Shown one piece after another: positions 24,679 to 28,217 of a stretch of DNA of 28,217 nt. The notes under the pieces are model-generated. The model ran no database searches, was not told the DNA's origin, and was given only the letters and a program-made list of their open reading frames with translations. The DNA comes from Dehalococcoidia bacterium (GTDB lineage Bacteria > Chloroflexota > Dehalococcoidia > DSTF01 > JACRBR01). Each line of letters begins with the position of its first letter. The stretch's first letter is position 1. Where the stretch lies: contig JBGQBE010000007.1 in NCBI GenBank assembly GCA_041494685.1, positions 62,001 through 90,217 of the forward strand. The letters run 5' to 3'. The position numbers and the translations under genes are program-made.

Positions 24679-26154
24679 TGCTATCTCGGCAGTGCTCCCG
24701 GGCAGCAGGCGCCGCTGGAGCTTGCCCGCGGACGTGCGCGGCAGCGACTCCACGAACGCGACGATAGCTGGCGTCTTGTAGCGCGCCAGCCGCTCGCGGC
24801 AATACGCGATCAGCTCCTCTGCCGTCGCCTGCGCGCCGGCGCGCAGCACGACGCTGGCCGCCGGCACGCTGCCCCATCGCGCATCAACGACGCCGCGCAC
24901 GCCGGCCTCCGCCACCGCGGGATGTGACAGCAGCACGGCCTCGATCTCCGCCGGGTAGACGTTCTCGCCCCCGGAGATGATCAGGTCGTCGCGCCGGTCC
25001 AGCACGTAGAGGTACCCCTCGTCGTCCAGGTGGCCGATGTCGCCCGTGTGCAGCCAGCCGGCGCGGAAGGCATCCGCCGTCTTCTCCGGCTGCCGCCAGT
25101 AGCCCGCACAGACCGTCGCGCCGCGCACCAGGATCTCGCCCGGCTCGCCGGGCGGGGCGGCGACGCCATCGATCTCGATACGGATCTCCGTAGGGAAGAG
25201 CGGCTTGCCCGCGGAGCCGAGCTTGCGCAGCGCGTCGGACGGCGCAAGCGTCGCCACCTGCGACGCGGCCTCCGTCAGCCCGTACGTCTGCACGACCGGC
25301 ACGCCGCGCGCGGCGCACGCCTCAAGCAGCGGCCTCGGCGCCGGGCCGCCGCCCAGCAGCACCGCGCGCAGCGTCGGCAGGTACGGCGCGTCGCCGCGCG
25401 CGTCCAGCATCCGGGCCAGCATGCTCGCGACGACCGACACGATGCTCGCGCCGTCGTCGATGGCGCGGTTCGCGCGCTGCGGGTCGAACGACTCGTGCAC
25501 GACCGCGGGGCAGCCGTAGATCGCGCTGCGCAGGAGCACGGCCAGACCGCCGACGTGGAACAGCGGCAGGCAGGCGAGCAGCCGATCCCGTGGGTCGAGG
25601 CCAAGGTTCAGCGCCGAGCCCAGCGCGCTCCACAGGTGGTTCTCGAACGTCAGCATCGCGCCCTTGGGCCGGCCCATGGTTCCCGACGTGTAGATGATCG
25701 TGTGGATACGGTCCACACGCGGCTCGACCGGCGCGAGCTTGAGCGCTCGCGCCGCGCGGAGCCCGGCGACGTCCGCGTGCACCTGGCCGGAAGAGGCCGC
25801 AGCCGCGATCGCTGCCGTTGCCGTATCGTGCAGCAGAAGGCGCGCGCCCGCATCCTCGATCTGCCACGACAGCTCGGCCGGCGCGAGGCGCAGGTTCAGC
25901 GGCACGAGGACCGCGCCGATGCGCGGCACGGCGTGCGCCAATTCGACGAAGGGCAGGCCGTTCCGCAGCAGCACCGCCACGCGATCGCCGTCCCGCACGC
26001 CGCGCTCCACCAGCGCCACGGCGACGCCGTCCGCGCGCGCGTCCAGTTCCGCGAACGTGATGATGCGGTCGTCATCGACGACTACCGCCTGCGCCGATGG
26101 CGTGAGCGCAGCGCGCTTGCGCAGCCAGTCGTGCGTGACGGAGAACTCGCTCAT
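24658..26154 (-). CDS. menE: o-succinylbenzoate-CoA ligase
   Basis: Adenylate-forming motifs IIYTSGTMGRPKG, LPLFHVGG, TYGLTEAASQ, TGDIG and SGGENVYPAEIE; ATGA overlap with menC. Confidence 0.93.
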   Translation of the reverse strand: MSEFSVTHDWLRKRAALTPSAQAVVVDDDRIITFAELDARADGVAVALVERGVRDGDRVAVLLRNGLPFVELAHAVPRIGAVLVPLNLRLAPAELSWQIEDAGARLLLHDTATAAIAAAASSGQVHADVAGLRAARALKLAPVEPRVDRIHTIIYTSGTMGRPKGAMLTFENHLWSALGSALNLGLDPRDRLLACLPLFHVGGLAVLLRSAIYGCPAVVHESFDPQRANRAIDDGASIVSVVASMLARMLDARGDAPYLPTLRAVLLGGGPAPRPLLEACAARGVPVVQTYGLTEAASQVATLAPSDALRKLGSAGKPLFPTEIRIEIDGVAAPPGEPGEILVRGATVCAGYWRQPEKTADAFRAGWLHTGDIGHLDDEGYLYVLDRRDDLIISGGENVYPAEIEAVLLSHPAVAEAGVRGVVDARWGSVPAASVVLRAGAQATAEELIAYCRERLARYKTPAIVAFVESLPRTSAGKLQRRLLPGSTAEIAEGADRH

Positions 26155-27272
26155 GCGCCTACCGACCGTTCCGGCCCCGCGCCGTACCGCGCCAACGCCG
26201 CTCCGTCGAGCACGGCGCCGCCGCCAGGCGACAGGGGCACCGGCATACGGCCGTGCTCGATGCGCAGCCCGTCGACGATCAGGTCGTCCGCAAGCAGGTC
26301 GAGGGTCGCCAGTCCGTGCGCGTACGGGGACGCCGGCAGCGTGGCCGCGAACTGCAATGCGGCTGCCACGCCGATCCCGCTCTCGAACGCGCTCGTCACG
26401 ATCACGTCGAGCCCGGCGGCCGTCGCCACGCCCGCGATCTTGCGCGCACGCGACGGCCCGCCGACGACCGGCAGCTTGATCATGATCGCGTCGACAGCCC
26501 GCGCGTCGATCAGCGCATGCACCGACTCGACGCCGCTCACGCTCTCGTCGGCGGCGATTCGCGCTCCGGTGGCCGCGCGCACGCTGCACAGCGCCGCGGC
26601 ATCGCCCGGCGGCACCGGCTGCTCGACGAGATCGATGCCGTAGGATTCCAGCGCGCGGATGGTTTCGATGGCTTGCGACTCGCTCCAGGCGCCGTTCGCG
26701 TCGACGCGCAGCCGCGCCCGCGGCGCGGCACGCCGCACCGCCGCCACGCGCTCCGCCTCGCCCGCGACCGAGCCGGCGACGCCAACCTTCAGCTTGATGT
26801 CGCCGAACCCGGCGGCGATGGCGCGCTCCGCCGCCTGCGCCGCGTCGTCGCGCGCTGCCGCATCGATGAGCGCGTTCACCCGCACGGCGGCCGCGGCGTT
26901 CGGCTCACACAGCCGCGCCACGCTGACGCCTGCCGCGGCCGCCCGCGCACCCAGCGCCGCCGCGTCGAAGGCACACGCCAGCGGCGCGAGGCGCAGCCCA
27001 CCCGTGAGCGTCGAGTCCAGGATCGAGCCGAGATCATCGAGATCGGCGTACAACAGGCTCGCGGCGATGCCGTCCAGCGCCGCCAGGCACTCCGCCTGCG
27101 TGGCGGTGCCGTGCGCCGGAAGCGGCGCGACGTCGCCCGTACCGGCGACACCCGCGTCGGTGCGCAGCCGCAGGATGATGCCCTCGCGCGTGCGCCACGC
27201 GGACTGCGCCGTCTGCAGCGCCGCGATGAAGGGCAGCGCATACGGCGTCCAGCGCACGCCCGTGATCTTCAC
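26151..27272 (-). CDS. menC: o-succinylbenzoate synthase (enolase superfamily)
   Basis: KLK, RVDANGAW, EQP, ADES and IKL motifs; GTGA overlap with menA; men operon context. Confidence 0.9.
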   Translation of the reverse strand: MKITGVRWTPYALPFIAALQTAQSAWRTREGIILRLRTDAGVAGTGDVAPLPAHGTATQAECLAALDGIAASLLYADLDDLGSILDSTLTGGLRLAPLACAFDAAALGARAAAAGVSVARLCEPNAAAAVRVNALIDAAARDDAAQAAERAIAAGFGDIKLKVGVAGSVAGEAERVAAVRRAAPRARLRVDANGAWSESQAIETIRALESYGIDLVEQPVPPGDAAALCSVRAATGARIAADESVSGVESVHALIDARAVDAIMIKLPVVGGPSRARKIAGVATAAGLDVIVTSAFESGIGVAAALQFAATLPASPYAHGLATLDLLADDLIVDGLRIEHGRMPVPLSPGGGAVLDGAALARYGAGPERSVGA

Positions 27273-28171
27273 AACAGGAATCCCGCGGCCAGCAGCACGC
27301 CGAACACCAGGGTGAACTGGGCGGTGGCCTTCAGCGTCAGGTTGAGCGCACGCCCCTCCGTGCCGCCCAGCACGGGCGACACCAGACGCGCGGCCAGCGG
27401 CAGACTCAGCAGCGGCAGCAGCAGCCACGGCGACGCGATGATCGCCATCGCGACCGCCAGCACGTACGCCGCCGCGATCGTCGCGGCGTACTGTACGCGG
27501 GTGGCCCGGTCGCCCAGTCGCACGGCGAGCGTGCGCTTGCCGGTCCGCGCATCGGTCGCGCGATCGCGCAGGTTGTTCACGACCAGGATGGCCGTCACCG
27601 GGCAGCCGACAGCGCAGCCGGCGGCGATCGACAGGCCGCTGACGTCGCCGGTGTGCAGGTAGTATGTACCGCAGACAGCCACCAGGCCGAAGAAGCAGAA
27701 CACGAACGCGTCGCCAAGGCCGTGGTAGCCGAACGGCCACGGCCCGCCGGTGTACGCGACGCCCGCGACGATCGAAGCCACACCGACGGCGATGATCGGC
27801 CAGCCGCCGACGTACGCCAGGTAGAGCCCGATCAGCGCGGCGCCGCCGAACGCAGCGGCCATGCCGAGTCGCACGTCGCGAGGCGTCAGGAGGCCCGTCT
27901 GCGTGACGCGCGGCGGCCCCAGTCGCTCGTCGGTATCGGTGCCGCGCTCGAAGTCGAACACGTCGTTCGCGAAGTTCGTGCCCACCTGGATCAGCAGCGC
28001 CGCTACCAGCGCCGCGACAAACACGCCGAGGCTGAAGTCGCCCACGTGGATGGCTGCCGCCGTGCCCACTAGCACCGGCACGGCCGCAGCTGTAAGCGTC
28101 GGCGGCCGCGCGGCCAGCATCCACGTGCGGACGATCCCCGGACGGGGCTGGGACGTCGTTATAGTCCCCAT
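27269..28171 (-). CDS. menA: 1,4-dihydroxy-2-naphthoate polyprenyltransferase
   Basis: AARPPTL, QVGTNFANDVFD, YTGGPWPFGYHGLGD and VVNNLRDRATDARTGKRTLAV UbiA/MenA motifs. Confidence 0.95.
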   Translation of the reverse strand: MGTITTSQPRPGIVRTWMLAARPPTLTAAAVPVLVGTAAAIHVGDFSLGVFVAALVAALLIQVGTNFANDVFDFERGTDTDERLGPPRVTQTGLLTPRDVRLGMAAAFGGAALIGLYLAYVGGWPIIAVGVASIVAGVAYTGGPWPFGYHGLGDAFVFCFFGLVAVCGTYYLHTGDVSGLSIAAGCAVGCPVTAILVVNNLRDRATDARTGKRTLAVRLGDRATRVQYAATIAAAYVLAVAMAIIASPWLLLPLLSLPLAARLVSPVLGGTEGRALNLTLKATAQFTLVFGVLLAAGFLL

Positions 28172-28174
28172 CGC

Positions 28175-28217
28175 CTACGGAAACCGCTGGAACATAGAGA
28201 AGTCGGGCTTCAGCAAC
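28175..28217 (-). CDS. menB: C-terminal fragment, probably naphthoate synthase MenB (cut by the window edge)
   Basis: The minus strand reads ...KPDFSMFQRFP* 3 nt before menA, resembling the MenB C-terminus (KPDFxxFxRxP). Only about 13 codons are visible. Confidence 0.55.
   Translation of the reverse strand, partial: LLKPDFSMFQRFP

Noticed and set aside
24658..28217. Functional clustering of men genes with sqr (menaquinone as the SQR electron acceptor)
   Set aside because: Biochemically plausible, but the genes are 10 kb apart with unrelated genes between; this is an ordinary housekeeping operon.
1..28217. CRISPR arrays, tRNA/rRNA genes, transposases or prophage genes
   Set aside because: No regularly spaced direct repeats, cloverleaf or rRNA signatures, or mobile-element motifs were seen by eye.

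Overview
High-GC bacterial chromosomal window with no rRNA, tRNA, CRISPR array or intact transposase/integrase visible. Gene content and leaderless promoters suggest an aerobic Chloroflexota/Actinomycetota-like organism (inference only). It has four blocks. (1) 1-7539 (+): a translationally coupled operon encoding a BMP/CUT2-type ABC importer, a degenerate biuret-hydrolase paralog lacking the catalytic triad, an intact biuret hydrolase (BiuH), a divergent amidase-signature enzyme and a CMD/AhpD-like protein, probably an s-triazine/biuret-type nitrogen-scavenging pathway of unusual make-up. (2) 8055-14461: a sulfide/persulfide island with a CstB-like persulfide dioxygenase-rhodanese, an MFS transporter, a DUF4395-like membrane protein, a one-cysteine ArsM-like methyltransferase, an unannotated frameshifted DsrE remnant, a divergent ArsR-rhodanese regulator with readable promoters and operators, and a type II SQR. 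(3) 14730-24598: TetR, an Mrr-like nuclease with an uncharacterised C-terminal region, PPOX, DinB, a single-chain acyl-CoA carboxylase, a GT4/DUF2334 pair and an acyl-CoA dehydrogenase. (4) 24658-28217 (-): menaquinone genes menE, menC, menA and probably the end of menB. The best candidates for undescribed biology are the persulfide-linked methyltransferase system and the BiuH operon with its pseudoenzyme. All family calls come from motif recognition, not database searches.
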